A DNA stretch of 64,000 nt, from assembly GCA_977017645.1 (NCBI GenBank), contig OZ360232.1:35340001-35404000 (forward strand). The letters are read 5' to 3'. The notes beneath the pieces were generated by a model, which was not told where the DNA came from, made no database searches, and worked only from the letters and a program-made list of their open reading frames with translations. Of this stretch, positions 1 through 12,642 are shown piece by piece (the first letter of the stretch is position 1; each line of letters starts with the position of its first letter). This DNA comes from Torpedo marmorata (lineage: Eukaryota). The position numbers and the translations under genes were made by a program.

Positions 1-69
1 GTGGATCCAGGCGGGAGGGTAGAAGGGAAAGAAGCTGGGAAGTGATAGGGGGAGAAGGCAAAGGCTAAA

Positions 70-711
70 AAGGGTAGCACATCTCCTCACTTGTCAGGAA
101 GGTGCAACAGCGACTGCACTTCCTGAGAAGACTGAAGCGGGCAAGGCTACCGGCCACCATTATATCAACCTTCTACAGGAGCTCTATCGAGAGCGTCCTG
201 CCGGCTGCATCACAGTGTGGTACGGTTGCTGCAGAGAAATGGATCGGAGGTCAATCCACAGGACCATAAGAGTGGCAGAGAGGATCACTGGAGTCTCCCT
301 CCCCCCCATCGACGAGATCTACCGCGATCGTTGTCTAAAGAGGGCGCGCAAAATCATTGAGGACCCCTTCCACCCTGCACACAGCATCTTTCAGCTGCTC
401 CCATCGGGGAAGAGATACAGGAGTATCAGAGCCAGCACCACCAGGGTGAGGAACAGCTTCTTCCCACGGGCAGTGAGAATGCTGAACGATCAAAGGAACT
501 GCTCACACTAATCGTCCGAGACTCTCATAATCATGAAACAATATTTATTTATTTATTTATTTATTTTTATAGATAAAATACTTGTCCTGCATATGTATTG
601 TTTGTCTGTATGTGCATTATGTCTGATTGTGTGTCTGCGTGTTTTGCACCGAGGACCGGAGAACGCTGTTTCGTCAGCTTGTACTTGTACAATCAGATGA
701 CAATAAACTTG
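70..711 (+). mobile_element. Rex1/Babar-type LINE, 3' fragment (family A)
   Basis: ORF2 C-terminus WYGCC...RCLKRARKIIEDPFHPAHSIFQLLPSGKRYRSI...RNSFFPRAVRMLN (DUF1891-like). The 3' UTR ends ACAATAAACTTGA. Confidence 0.8.
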
Positions 712-804
712 ACGAGAGAGAGAGAGGTTTAAGGAGAACATCCAGACCTTAAGGCCCAAGTGGCTGAAGGCACGCTGCCAATGGAGCAGGGGCTAAATAG
801 TGAG

Positions 805-1049
805 ACACCAATAGTCTGAATACAACTGGGATTGTCTGATCTCAGAAGCTAAGCAGGCACAGGACTGGTCAGTACTTGGAGGGGAGACCGCCAAGGAACA
901 CCAGGTGCTGTAGGTTTCTGTGAGGGGCGCTGGACAAAATAGCGACCCTCTGTCTGCCTTACGGTAGACAAAAATTAAAGAATTTCATGTATGTTTCATT
1001 CTAAATGTAGTATTACGTCACAATAATGGAACCTTTACCTTTACCTTTT
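805..1049 (+). mobile_element. 5S rRNA-derived SINE (SINE3-like)
   Basis: ~805-916 aligns with 5S rRNA (GTCTGATCTCAGAAGCTAAGCAGG...TGGTCAGTACTTGGAGGGGAGACCGCC...CCAGGTGCTGTAGG). It is followed by a unique body, a hairpin at 951-970 and an (ACCTTT)n tail. A second 3' copy lies at 43285-43398 on the minus strand. Confidence 0.8.
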
Positions 1050-1348
1050 ACGATCAATATAATATTCTGAAGGTGACTTAAGATTTTTAAGAGCTGTTGC
1101 GATCCTGCTTCCCAACTCCCTCTAGTGGTTAGAGGATGACAGACATCGTCAATGGTTTTCAACTCAGATGTTAGCCTGCAAGAGGGTTTCCACTGGCAGG
1201 TGAGACTAGAATAGGGGACATATTGTGGAGATTCGGGGGAGCAGATTTAGGATGGAGCTGAGGAGGAACTGCTTTTTCTCAGAGAGGAGTGACTCTATGG
1301 AATCCTCTGCCCAAGGAAGCAGTAGAGGCTGCCTCTGAGTATAATATA

Positions 1349-1834
1349 CCATATATACTTGTGTAAATGACGATACCATGGAAAAATCGATCCCTATTTT
1401 TGGCCAAAAAATTTGGAATTTTCCTCGTGTAAAAGTTGACCCTAGACCTTCACCTCGGCCCAGCTGCCCGCAACACATGCCTCGTCCCCGGCCGCCCGCC
1501 CATCGGAGCTCCCAACACCTCGAACGTGGACTCTCGCCTCGGTCCTGGTCGCCCGCCGATCGGAACCCCCAACACTTCCTACGGCACAGATACTTACCAC
1601 GGTGCCAACCTCCCCCGTGGTAGGACATGTGTTTTGATGTGCAGACTCTCTATTATTACTTTAATTCATTGTGATTTTGTTCTTTATTCGTTTGGAGATC
1701 ATTCGGTCTGATGTGATATTTTGGATTCAAGTGTGAATTTCAGCCCCTCAAAAGTAGTATCCATGTAATAATTGACCCCATAAATTTAACATTAAAAATA
1801 TTCTACAAAATTGGACTTTTACATGTATATACGG
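1349..1834. mobile_element. Tc1/mariner-pogo-type MITE
   Basis: Imperfect TIRs CCATATATACTTGTGTAAA / TTTACATGTATATACGG, flanked by TA. Internal GC-rich duplicated motif at ~1490-1580. Confidence 0.65.
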
Positions 1835-1888
1835 TACATGATGTACTTTTGTTTGTCATGGCAAACAAAAGTTGAAGTATATCATGTA

Positions 1889-2093
1889 CAGTAAAATCCC
1901 TGTTATCCGGAATTCACGCAACCGGGCAAAAAAAATCACGGAAAATAAATGGGTAAAAAATATGGAAGTTTAAATTTGGCGCCCCCGAGCAGTTAGTTCT
2001 CCATTCACAAAACGCGCAGTCTCAAGCAACCGGGAAATTCACTCATCCGGCATCTACCAATCCCCTGAGGTGCCGGATACTGGGGCTTTACTG
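1889..2093. mobile_element. Tigger/pogo-like MITE
   Basis: TIRs CAGTAAAATCCCTGTTATCCGG / CCGGATACTGGGGCTTTACTG with TA TSD. It splits a LINE/SINE-type 3' tail (1848-1888 and 2094-2142). Confidence 0.8.
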
Positions 2094-2949
2094 TATATTA
2101 CATTTTAATGTATTATTACATGACACTAAAAGGAACCTTGAATGTGTTTCAGGGACAGAGGGATAGATTTTTGCAGAGTCTGGAGAATTAAGGGTTATGG
2201 GGAACGGGCGGGTAAGTGGAGCCGAGTCCACGGCCAGATCAGCCGTGACCATATTGAATGGCGGAGCAGGCTCGACGGGCCGGATGGCCGACTCCTGCTC
2301 CTGTTTCTTATGTAAACGGTGAAGAGGAGCTGAACTCTGTGTGTTGTTTTACCCAGTGATTGTCCACACTCGGGACCATGGAAGCGAAGCTGTGGAAACA
2401 GTTCCTCAGGCCTGCTCCAAGGTGTCTGACCTTCTACTCAGCATCATTTCCCTGCACTGCTCCCCCCTTTTCTCTCCTTCCCTTCGCGCTCAGAAATCTA
2501 TCGACCTCCGCGTCGAATGACCCACTGGGCGGAGAATTCCAAAGATTCGCCAGCTTCTCGAGGGAAGAAATTCTCCCCAACTCATTCCTAAATCATCAGC
2601 CCCTTATTCCGAGACTAGCCTGGGCCAGTCACTTCAGTAAGGGCAAGTTACTCCCCACGTCGTTCCCAGATGGTGTGTGTATCGATGAGACCAGCGGAAC
2701 CTGTAGAAAAAGGCACAGTTCTGACTTTCACAAGACATTTGGACAGATATGTGGATAGGAAGGGTTGAGACCAAATACAGGCAAATGGGTCAAGCCCAGA
2801 ATGCCAACTTTGTCAGCATGGATTAGTTTTGAAGAGCCTGTTCCATGCTGTGTGACTCTCCTTCTGAACTCTAGAGCAGCCATTCTCAACCTTTCTTTTG
2901 GCTCAGGCCCCCTTAGGACTCTGCCCCCTTCCCTGTGAAGCAGTCAAGT

Positions 2950-3190
2950 TTTTTTTTTTTTTAAATTTAGACCTACAGCGCGGTAACAGGCCCTTCCGGC
3001 CCGTGCTGCCCAATTACACCCAATTGACCTACAACCCCCGGTACATTTTAAATGATAGGAAGAAACCGGGGCACCCAGAGGAAACCCACGCAAACACGGG
3101 GAGAACGTACAAACTCCTTACAGACAGCGCCGGATTCGAACCCGGGTCGCTGGTGCTGTAACAGCATTGCGCTAACTGCTACGCTAACCA
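2950..3190 (-). mobile_element. tRNA-derived V-SINE (HE1-like), inserted in a hAT MITE that starts at ~2877
   Basis: The reverse complement has the B-box GGTTCGAATCC, the V-SINE core GGAGTTTGTACGTTCTCCCCGTG...GGGTTTCCTC and a CR1-like tail. Confidence 0.85.
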
Positions 3191-3402
3191 TAACTACATA
3201 ACTAGTTGGTTTCTTCCGTACTTCTACTGAATACAGTACATTAAAAAAATATTTAGGATATCAGTCCGTGGTCCCCCTTAAATGTCTGCTCGAGAGGCTG
3301 CAGACCTAATCTGATGAGTATGTCCTCAGCAGACTGATAACCCCTGGGAATAATCCGTGAAACTGCTGGATCTTGTTGATGAAGGGTCCCGACCCTTTAG
3401 AG

Positions 3403-3762
3403 CAGTGGTTTTCAAACTGCCCCCCTAAACTCACATTCCACCTTAAGCAATCCCTATGCCATAAGTGCTCTGTGATTGGTAAGGGATTACTTAAGGTGTT
3501 ATGTGAGTGGGAAGGGAAGGTTGAGAACCACTGCTCTAGACCCAATTGCTACTGAAATATTTTGCTTGAGAAAAATTGTCATTGGCCCATTTCCTTTGGA
3601 GTTATGAAACCGTGCACATAACGTGTCAATTAGGTACGATTAAAACAGTGGTTTTCAAACCTTTTTCTTTCCATTCACATACCACCTTAAGCAATCCCTT
3701 ACTAATCACAGAACACTTATGGCATAGGGATTACTTAAGGTGGAATGTGAGTTTAGGGGGCA
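3403..3762. mobile_element. hAT (Charlie-like) MITE plus an inverted second copy
   Basis: TIRs CAGTGGTTTTCAAAC / GGTTGAGAACCACTG (3403-3533) with CTTTAGAG/CTCTAGAC flanks. Inverted copy at 3647-3762; related copy at 36213-36328. Confidence 0.75.
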
Positions 3763-3984
3763 GAGGGACATGGGCCGAACGCAGGCAATGGGACCAGCCT
3801 GGTCAGCATGGGCTGAAGGGCCTGTTTCCGTGCTGTAGAACTCTGTGACTCTATGAACGTTCGTGGATTTCATGCCATTTCTCCGAAGGATGAACTCACC
3901 TCGCCTGCCGTCGGCTGTGGCTCAGTGGGACACTGGGTCACGAGGTTGTGGGTTGAAGGACCACACCAGGTGCTTGAGGCCTGG

Positions 3985-4199
3985 CAGCCATTCTCAACGG
4001 GGGTCCCACTGGGGGCCACAGCACATTCAAGTAAAAGCCTTGTTTTCTTTTCACTTCACGTTACATAAATAGTTTTTATGTGGACGATAGGAGAAAAGTA
4101 AAGGAGAAACCAACTAAAGTTGCCTGTTTCACATGGAAAGGGGCCCATCAACTTTGAGCAGAAGTGGGGCCATAGCCTAAAAAAGGTTGAGAATGGCTA
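3985..4199. mobile_element. hAT MITE (CAGCCATTCTCAAC family)
   Basis: TIRs CAGCCATTCTCAAC / GTTGAGAATGGCT(A/G), followed by CTCTAGAC. Confidence 0.7.
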
Positions 4200-4330
4200 C
4201 TCTAGACTGGTGCTCCAGTAGACAACGTAAATTGTTTGAAGGGTGGGGAGAGCGTCATTGTGAGACTCTCAATTGTTCCCTCAAACCTTCAACCGAGGGT
4301 TAATCTCCTCAGCCATCCTGGGGATAGAAC

Positions 4331-4670
4331 GTCAAGTTTATTGTCATCTGATTGTACAAGTACAACCCGACGAAACAGCGTTCTCCGGTCCTCGTTGCAA
4401 AAACACGCAGACATACAACCAGACATAACACACATACAAACAATACATATGCAGGACAAGTATTTCATCTGTACAAATAAATAAATAAATATTGTTTTGT
4501 GCAAATGAGAGTCTCGGATGATTAGTGTGAGCAGTTTCTTTGGTCGTTCAGCTTTCTCACTGCCCGTGGGAAGAAGCTGTTCCTCAGCCTGGTGGTGCTG
4601 GCTCTGATACTCCTGTACCTCTTCCCCAATGGGAGCAGCTGAAAGATGCTGTGTGCAGGGTGGAAGGGTC
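4331..4670 (-). mobile_element. Rex1/Babar-type LINE, 3' end (family A)
   Basis: Near-identical to the reverse complement of 365-711. Confidence 0.8.
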
Positions 4671-5404
4671 ACCATAGAGCTTAGCACAGGAGCAGGCCCT
4701 TAGGCCCACAATGTATGTACTGAACATCATATCCAAATGAAACTAAAACTCTGCTTCTTGAACCTGATCCATATCCCTCCATAAAATAGATAGAGAGAGA
4801 GAGAGATAGAAAGAGAGTGAGAGATTGTGTGAGAGAGAGAGAAAGATAGATAGATATTAAATTATATCTAATGATTCAGCCTCCACCACTCTCAGGGGCA
4901 GAGAATTCAGAGAAGAAAGGTATAAGATCACTGTTAACCCGGGGGTTAAAAGGGTGAAGGAGGTTAAAAAGTCTCTGCCATCTGAGTATCTGACAGCAGT
5001 AAAGGTGCGCTGGTGCCCGGGACCTGTATCCGAGGGTTTCACAGGAAGTGGCTGCAGAGGAAAGTGTATGTGTTTGTTGTAATCTACCCACATTCCTTGG
5101 ATTCTGGGGAGATTCCAGAGGATTGCAGGACCGCTGATCATGACAGGAGGGTTGACAGAAAGCAGGATCCTCTGTCGGTATAACATCCATCATTGGGAAA
5201 ACGTCAGAATCCAGTATGAAGTAACAGCAGAACATTTAGAAAACCATTAGAGAATCCGGCAGAATCATCATTGTTTTATGAAAAGAAAATTGTGTTTGAC
5301 AAATCTGCCGCAATTCTTTGAAGATGTAACATATAGGGTGGATAAAGGGGAACCGGTAGATGTAGTATATTTAGACTTCCAGAAGCATTCAACAAAGTGT
5401 CACA

Positions 5405-7455
5405 CATTAAAGGTGGGTAGGGAAGAGCATAAGATTAGTTTGTTTGCAGATGATGTATTAATATATATGACAAAATCTGTTACGTCACTTCAACAATTGG
5501 CTATTATATTGACAGAATATGGTGAGATATCAGGATACAAGATTAATTCAGATAAAAGTGAGATCTTGGCTTTATCGCAAGGGGATTATACTAGATGTAA
5601 AGAAGTTACAGACTTTAAGTGGACTACAGAGAGTATTAAATATTTGGGAGTTAAAGTAGATACAAATTTGGAAAATTTGTATAAATTAAATTATACACCT
5701 TTATTTACTAAAATAAAAAAAGATTTAGAGCTTTGGAAAGACTTACCGATAACGTTGATGGGAAGAGTAAATTGTATTAAAATGAATGTTTTTCCAAGAA
5801 TTCAATATCTTTTTCAATCGATTCCTTATGGTATTCCAAATAAATTTTTTAAAGATTTAAAATTTATTGTTAGGAAATTTCTATGGAAAGGAAAGTTGGC
5901 AAGAGTAAGTATAGATAAATTAACATGGAATTATGAAATGGGAGGATTACAACTTCCTAATTTTCAATATTATTATAAAGTAGCTCAGTTAAAATTTATT
6001 AATGAATTTTTTGATTTGGATAAAACTTCTGCTTGGATTAATATAGAATTGAATAATATGGGAGAAATACATAAAGAAGATATTATTTATAAATGGAACC
6101 CTAAATTATTATTACTTAAAAAGAAAAAAACACCAATTATTAAACATTTGTTGGAAATTTGGTCGCAAGTAGATAAGGAGATAGGTCAAAAAGGATTAAT
6201 TTCTTTAAATACACCAATATATCAGAATCCACTTTTACCATTTTCTATGGATAATCAATTACTTAAATTATGGTTTTTAAAGGGAGTTAAGACATTAAAA
6301 GATTGTTTTGAAGCAGGTAAATTTGTTACCTTTCAGAGGTTAAAGGAAAAATTTAATATATTAGATAATACAATGTTAGTTTATTTTCAAGTTAGAGCTT
6401 TTTTGATTGAAAGATTAGGGAATGAATTAACAGTATTAAGACAAAGTGAATTGGAGTTATTAATTACTAAAGTTAATGTTAATAAATTTATATCACAGAT
6501 GTACAAGTTGTTTCAAAGAAAAATGTCTAAGGTAGGAGAGCATAAGTCTAGATTGAAATGGGAGTCTGATTTGAATGTTAATATAGATGAAAAACACTGG
6601 AAAGATTTATGTAAACTAAGTATGACAAAAGTTATTAATGTGAGATATAGATTAGTACAATATAATTTTTTTCATCAATTGTATTTGACACCTAGAAAAT
6701 TGAAGAAATTTAACCCAGCGTTATCAGATACGTGTTTCAGATGTAAAACTGAAATAGGATCTTTTGTACATTGTACATGGTCATGTTCAAAGATTCAAGA
6801 ATTTTGGTTGAAAGTTAAGAATTTTTTAGAAAGAATTTTTAATGTTGAAATTGCAATGGATCCTATGTTATTTTTATTTGGAGACATTAAAAAATTTAGT
6901 ATTAGACATAAATTGAATATGTATCAAGTAGAATTTTTACGTATAATATTAGCAATTTCAAAAAAATGTATAGCTATTACTTGGAAATCGGATGTTGATT
7001 TAAATTTAGAACGATGGCATGCAGAGTTACGGTCATGTATACCATTGGAAAAAATTACCTATAATTTACGAAATAAATATCATTCTTTTTTAAAAATTTG
7101 GGGCCCATATACGAGGATTATGGGTTTAACATTATGAATTCTCTGGATATTAGACCTACCGGCGAAACAACCTCTAAGATATATTAGTGTTTTTTTTTTT
7201 GTTTTTTTTTAAGCTTATTGACTCCTCGTTCTATCTTTATATCTCTACTTTTTCTTTTATCTTTACTATTATTATTTTATATTTTTTAAATTAGATTAGG
7301 GGGGTATAGGGGCTAGGGAGGGGAGGGTGGGATGAGGGGGGGAGAAAATGTAATCACATGTATTTTTTAAGAATTATATGCAAATTATTTTATGTAATGT
7401 GTGATTTAAAATTTAAATAAAATATTAAAAAAAAAAAAAAAAACAAAAAAAAAAA
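5405..7455 (+). mobile_element. 5'-truncated L1-clade LINE with an open ORF2 C-terminal half, inserted in a CR1 RT remnant
   Basis: HKISLFADDV, GYKINSDKSE, IKYLGV, GGLQLPNF and the CCHC region CFRCK...HCTWSC; stop at 7137; AATAAA plus poly(A). 14-bp TSD AACAAAGTGTCACA at 5391-5404 and 7456-7469. Confidence 0.9.
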
Positions 7456-8416
7456 AACAAAGTGTCACATAAAAGATTACTGTGCATGAAAAGAGTGCAC
7501 AAGGTTGGAGGGGGTAATATATTGGCGTGGACAGGGGAGTGAAACGCAAAAGTCTGCAGACGCTGTGATTGTAGTAGAAACACAGAAATGCTAGAGGAAC
7601 TCAGAGGGTCTCGCAATGTCCAGAGGAGGTAAAGATATATAACTGGCATTTTGGGTCTGAGCCGTTCTTCAAGGGCAGTAGTGAGTTTGCAATAAGCACA
7701 GAATCAGGATAAATTAGTCATTTTCTGATTGCCAGCCCGTTATTAGCAGGATGTCAATGAAAGTCAGTGCTGGGAACCTGACTATTGACAAATAGAACCA
7801 TTGAGTTTCACATCATGGAACCAGGCCTTACGGCCAACTTGTCCATGCTTTAGGATTGAAGGGCGTCCGCTTAGAACAGAGATGCGTAGGAATTTCTTCA
7901 GCCAGAGGGTGGTGAATCTGTGGAATTTGTTGCCACAGGCGGTTGTGGAGGCCACGTCATTTGGTGTATTTAAGGCAGAGATTGATAGGTTCTTGATTAG
8001 CCAGGGCATCAAAGGTTATGGGGAGAAGGCCGGGCAGTGGGGCTGAGTGGGAAAATGGATCAGCTCATGATTAAATGGTGGGGCAGACTCGATGGGCTGA
8101 ATGGCCTATTTCTGCTCCTATGTCTTATGGTCTTATGCTGACTAGGTTAGCCCCCTTTGCCTGCGATCAGCCCATATCCCTTCAACCTTTCCTGTCCACG
8201 GACCTGACTCAATGTTCTTGATTGTAGCCACTTCTACCCATTCTTCTGGCAGCTCGTTCCACACACCCACCACCCTCTGTGTTAAGAATGCGCCTCTCAA
8301 ATCCTTTTTAAATCCTTTTAAATCTTTCCCCTCTCACCTTACGCCAATGGCCTCCAGTTTTAGATACCCCTACCCTGGGACGTGACTGTTTATCCAGATT
8401 TTATAAATTTCTAGAC

Positions 8417-8676
8417 CAGCCATTGTCAACCTTTTTCGGCTATGACCCCTCCCCCCACCACTCCCTCGGACTCTGCTCAAGGTTTATGGGCCCCCTTCCC
8501 TGTGAAGCAGTCAAGTTTTGGTTTCTTCTGTACTTCTCTACTACCGACTACATAAAAAAAACATTTAAAATATTTAAGTTGTGTGAGGTGAAAAGAAAGC
8601 ATGGCATTTACTTAAATGTGCTATGGCCCCCGGGGGTGGGGGGGGGTGGTCGTAGGGCCCCCGATGAGAATGGCTG
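8417..8676. mobile_element. hAT MITE (CAGCCATTCTCAAC family)
   Basis: TIRs CAGCCATTGTCA / TGAGAATGGCTG, with NTCTAGAN-type flanks TTCTAGAC / CTCTAGAA. Confidence 0.75.
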
Positions 8677-8847
8677 CTCTAGAAGGTTCCCCCTCGGGCT
8701 CCTATGCTCCTGGGAGAAAGCTCCCGGCCTGTCCAATCATTCCTGATCATTGAAGCAGGTAACATTCTCATGAACTTTTTCTGCACCTTTTCCAGCTTAC
8801 TGATGTCCTTCCTATAGCTGGGTGACCAGAACTGTGCACAATAATCC

Positions 8848-9757
8848 TTCCTTTTACAATATTTTTATTAACATTGAAATTTCACATCCAAAAATACAGC
8901 GTGCTGTACATATGGATATATGTTAAAAGTTAAAAAGATACATTACACTTAAATCATATCATTCCATCCAAGGTACTCCACATTTTAATCAAACAGATTA
9001 TATTGTATTGATATTTTATTATTTTATTATTTTTTAAAAAAAGGAAAATCTAAACCCACTACGAAGAAAGAAGCTGTTTGGCCAAAAAAAGAAAGACAGA
9101 ATTCTTATCAGAGTGATAAATTACCTCATTAGTCAACACTTCTACCTTCATAACAAATCAAAGATTATAAAAGTAATTCAAAAAGGGTCCCCACAGTGTT
9201 TGAAAATTTAAATTCAAATCGGAAACTGAGCATCTAATCTTCTCTAAATTTAAACATGACATGACATCACGTAGCCATTGAGCATGATTAGGCGGGGTAA
9301 CGTCCCTCCATCTGAGCAACACTGCCCGCCTTGCCATAAGAGAAATAAAAGCTAATACATGCAGCTCAGATGCCGTTAAAGTTATGTCACTCTCTCCAAC
9401 AATACCAAATAAAGCAGTTAAGGGATTTGGTTTAAAATTAACTTTAAAAAGTGCAGAGAAAGTTTGAAATACTTCGTTGCAATATTTATCAAGACTCTGA
9501 CGTGTCCAGAACATATGAATTAATGAAGTATCTCCGTTGTTGCATTTATCACAACGAGGAGATACATCCGCATAAAAACGAGATAGTTTGACTTTGGACA
9601 TGTGAGCCCTATGGACTACTTTAAAATGTAGGAGAGAGTGGCGGGCACACAAAGAATAGGTATTAACCAATTTGAAAATTACATTCCAAGTTTCTTCAGG
9701 AATTAAAAGCTGTAGGTCCCGTTCCCAGGCTTTTTTAATTTTATCTGAGGGAGCCTC
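8848..9757 (-). mobile_element. 5'-truncated L1-clade LINE inserted in a CR1 remnant
   Basis: ORF 9158-9817 has the L1 ORF2 C-terminus (AWERDL, FKVVHRAHMS, CDKC...HMFW, LEKIR, LWGPFL). TSD TGCACAATA(A/T)TCC at 8835-8847 and 9758-9770. Confidence 0.85.
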
Positions 9758-10249
9758 TGCACAATATTCCAAATGTGGTCTCCCCAATGTCCTGTACACT
9801 TGTAACAGGTTGCCCATGCTCCTGACCGATGAAGTTCAAGTTCACAGCCGGCCAGCTCAGGGCGGGAATAGCAAACACCAAATATTTTGAGATGATTTAC
9901 TCGATTGCAGGATACTGTTCATCAAATCTCACAGCTTGCGGGAAGAAGGTAGCACCTTTTCCCCAGGGCGGGAGTAGCAAACACTAGAGGACATCTGAAC
10001 AAAGTGAAGGGAGGGAAGTTTAGGGGAGACATCAGGGGTAAGTTTATTATACAGAGAGTTGTGGGTTCCTGCCTGGGGTGTGGTGGAGGCTGGAACATTA
10101 GGGGCATTTAAAAGACTCTAAGACAGGCATATGGATGATAGAAAAATAGAGGGTTACGAGGAACAAAGGTTTCAGTATTTTTTAGGTTTATATAAGTCCG
10201 CATAACATCGAGGGCCAAAGGGCCTGTACTGTGCTGTAATGTTCTATGT

Positions 10250-10580
10250 TCCCAGCCTGGCAGTCCTGATTTTGATGCTCCTGTATCTCCTTCCCGATGG
10301 TATTGGGTCAAAGATCCTGTGTGTTGGATGGAAAGGGTCCTCGATAATTCTTTGAGCTGTATTTAAGCAACGCTCCCAGTGAATGTCGTCAATAGAGGAA
10401 AGGGAGACCCCAGAGATCATCTCAACCATTTTGATGATCCTCTGTATTGACTTCTAGTCCAATGCTTTGCAGCTACCGTCCCACACAATGATGCAGCCAG
10501 ACAGGTCACTCTCAATGGTGCTCCTGCAAAATGTTGTCAAGACGGGGGCCGGTAGCCTTGCCCTCCTCGACCTCCTGAGG
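10250..10580 (-). mobile_element. Rex1/Babar-type LINE fragment
   Basis: RCLNTAQRIIEDPFHPTHRIFDPIPSGRRYRSIK. Confidence 0.7.
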
Positions 10581-11524
10581 CAAGCGTGCCAGGTGTTAAT
10601 CGGCCGTGAATCCCTCCCTGTACTTAGCATGTCAAACCCGTTTGGGAAAGTGGAGAGCAGGATTTATTGGGCTCTCTTTGGCTGGCCTCCAATGGACATG
10701 GATTTTATTGGCTTGCAAATCCCAAGGGAGCCCCCAGAATGTTTAGAGCACAACTCATGCTGTGTGCAACACATTAATCTAATTATCCAGCGGGCAACAT
10801 GCCACTGTTAACTCGACATTCAGCAGATTCCAGACGTAGATTTAGACCCAGTGGGACGGTTTTAGTTCAGCTGATGACGCAGGCTGTTTTCGTTTTCGCT
10901 CCCCTCTCCCCGGAGTGTATGGGGAGCTGTGTCCAGCCCATCCTTTTGCATTTCAGGGAAGATGCCCTCAGATATCTGACGCAACTTGTTCAACCCGCCG
11001 ATAACCATTTCAGCTGGGGCGTCCAGAAGATCGAAGGCCGTTAGGCCCGTCAACCATGTTCTGGCATTTGGAGAGATCACGGCGAATTGTGTGCCCCCCC
11101 TACACTGTCCCTCCGAACTCCCCCTTCCACAAGAGTTAGTGACTGAGCATTGGGTGGCAGGTGGATAAAGGGAGCTGAGCTACAGAACTGACTGGAAGGG
11201 CAGAATGGCCCTTCCTGCAGTGATGCCGTCGCTCTGCAATAACGGTGCGAGATAAGGAGGCCGTTCGGCACCCCAAGCCTCTCTTCCATTCATCGAGGCT
11301 ATCATCGATCACAGCGCCAAATCCTCACAGTCACCGATATCCTCAATTGCTCTCATCCCGAGAGGTAGTGATCGTGTTTCTAAACGTTCTCAGCACTTGA
11401 ACTTCCACAGGGCAGAGAAGTCTGAGAATTTAGCACCTTTGCAGACAGCTCTGATAATTTCATTCTGATATAACCCACCACTTGCAAAACACAATCTGCT
11501 GGGGCAGCTCAAGACTGGTCTTCA

Positions 11525-11945
11525 GAATCAGAATTTATTGTCACGAACATCTCATGAAATTCGTTGTTTTGCGGCAGCATTACAGTGCAAATATTGCTAT
11601 AAATTACATTTCAAAAATAGATAAATAAATAGTGCGATAAAATAGGATAAAGTGAGGTGGTGTCTGTGGTTCATTGATCATTCAGAAATCTGATGGCGGA
11701 GGGGAAGAAGCTGTCCTTGTGCCGCTGAGTGTACCTCCTTCCTGATGGTAGCAGTGTGAAGAGGGCATGGCCTGGGTGGTGGGGGTCCTTGAGGGTAGAG
11801 GCTGCTTTCTTGAGACACCGCCTCTTGTAGATGTCCTCGATGGAGTGAAGACCGGTGCCCGTGATGGTGATGGCCGAGTTCACAACTCTCTGTAGTCTGT
11901 TCCTGTCCTGTGCATTGGCACCTCCAGACCAGACAGTGATGCAAC
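11525..11945 (-). mobile_element. Rex1/Babar-type LINE, 3' end (family B)
   Basis: CITVWSGGANAQDRNRLQRVVNSA...HSIEDIYKRRCLKKAAS...HPGHALFTLLPSGRRY; tail ACAATAAATTCTGATTCTG. Confidence 0.8.
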
Positions 11946-11964
11946 TAGACAGATACGTGTGAAG

Positions 11965-12642
11965 AAAGTAAAACAAGAAAGTCTGCAGACACCGTGGTTG
12001 AAGTAAAAACACAATGCTGGAGAAACTCAGCAGGTCAAACAGTGTACTTCATGTAGCAAAGATAAAGATATATATCTGACGTTTCGGGCTTGAGCTCGTC
12101 ATCGAGATATGAGCAAAATGTAGGCAGGCGCCCGAACAAAAAGGTTGGGGGGGAGGGGCAGGGGGAGGAGCACGGTCCCACAGGCAGGAGGTAATAGGTG
12201 GATAAGGGAGGGCACACCAGCAAACGAGAAGGGGGGATGGCTCGGTAAAAACATGATTTCCCGTCTGGGCTCTCTCCAACCGGATAGAATTAACATAGAC
12301 TTCTCCGGTTTCTGCTAGACCACTCCCCGTTCTCCCTCTCTTCCCTTTCACTTTGTCTTCTTTCCTCCAGCTCTCTACCCCCTTCCCCCTTCCCTCTCCA
12401 TTCACAGAGCCATCCCCCCTCCCCCTGTTTGCTGGTGTGCCCTCCCTCCCTTATCCACCTATTACCTCCTGCCTGTGGGACCGTGCTCCTCCTCCCACCA
12501 TTTTGTTCGGGCGCCTGCCAACATTTTTCCATACCTTGATGAAGGGCTCAAGCCCGATATGTTGGTTTTGTATCTTTATTTTTGCTGCATAAAGTACCCT
12601 GTTTGTTTGACCTGCTGAGTTTTTCCAGCATTGTGTTTTTAC
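11965..12642. mobile_element. Penelope-derived inverted terminal-repeat cassette with two hammerhead-like motifs
   Basis: Left arm on the minus strand and right arm on the plus strand both match the 3' terminal repeat of the Penelope at 30404-30733. Motifs at 12077-12106 (-) and 12533-12566 (+). Confidence 0.75.

Noticed and set aside
805-916. Functional 5S rRNA gene
   Set aside because: The 5' end is degenerate, there are many substitutions, no T4 terminator and no tandem array, and it is fused to a retroposon tail.
5278-7137. Host gene encoding a 619-aa RT-like protein
   Set aside because: The TSD and poly(A) show an L1 inserted in CR1; the fusion is incidental.
10580-11500. Possible exon or enhancer in non-obvious sequence
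   Set aside because: No convincing ORF, splice pair or motif cluster; parts look like decayed CR1 tails.
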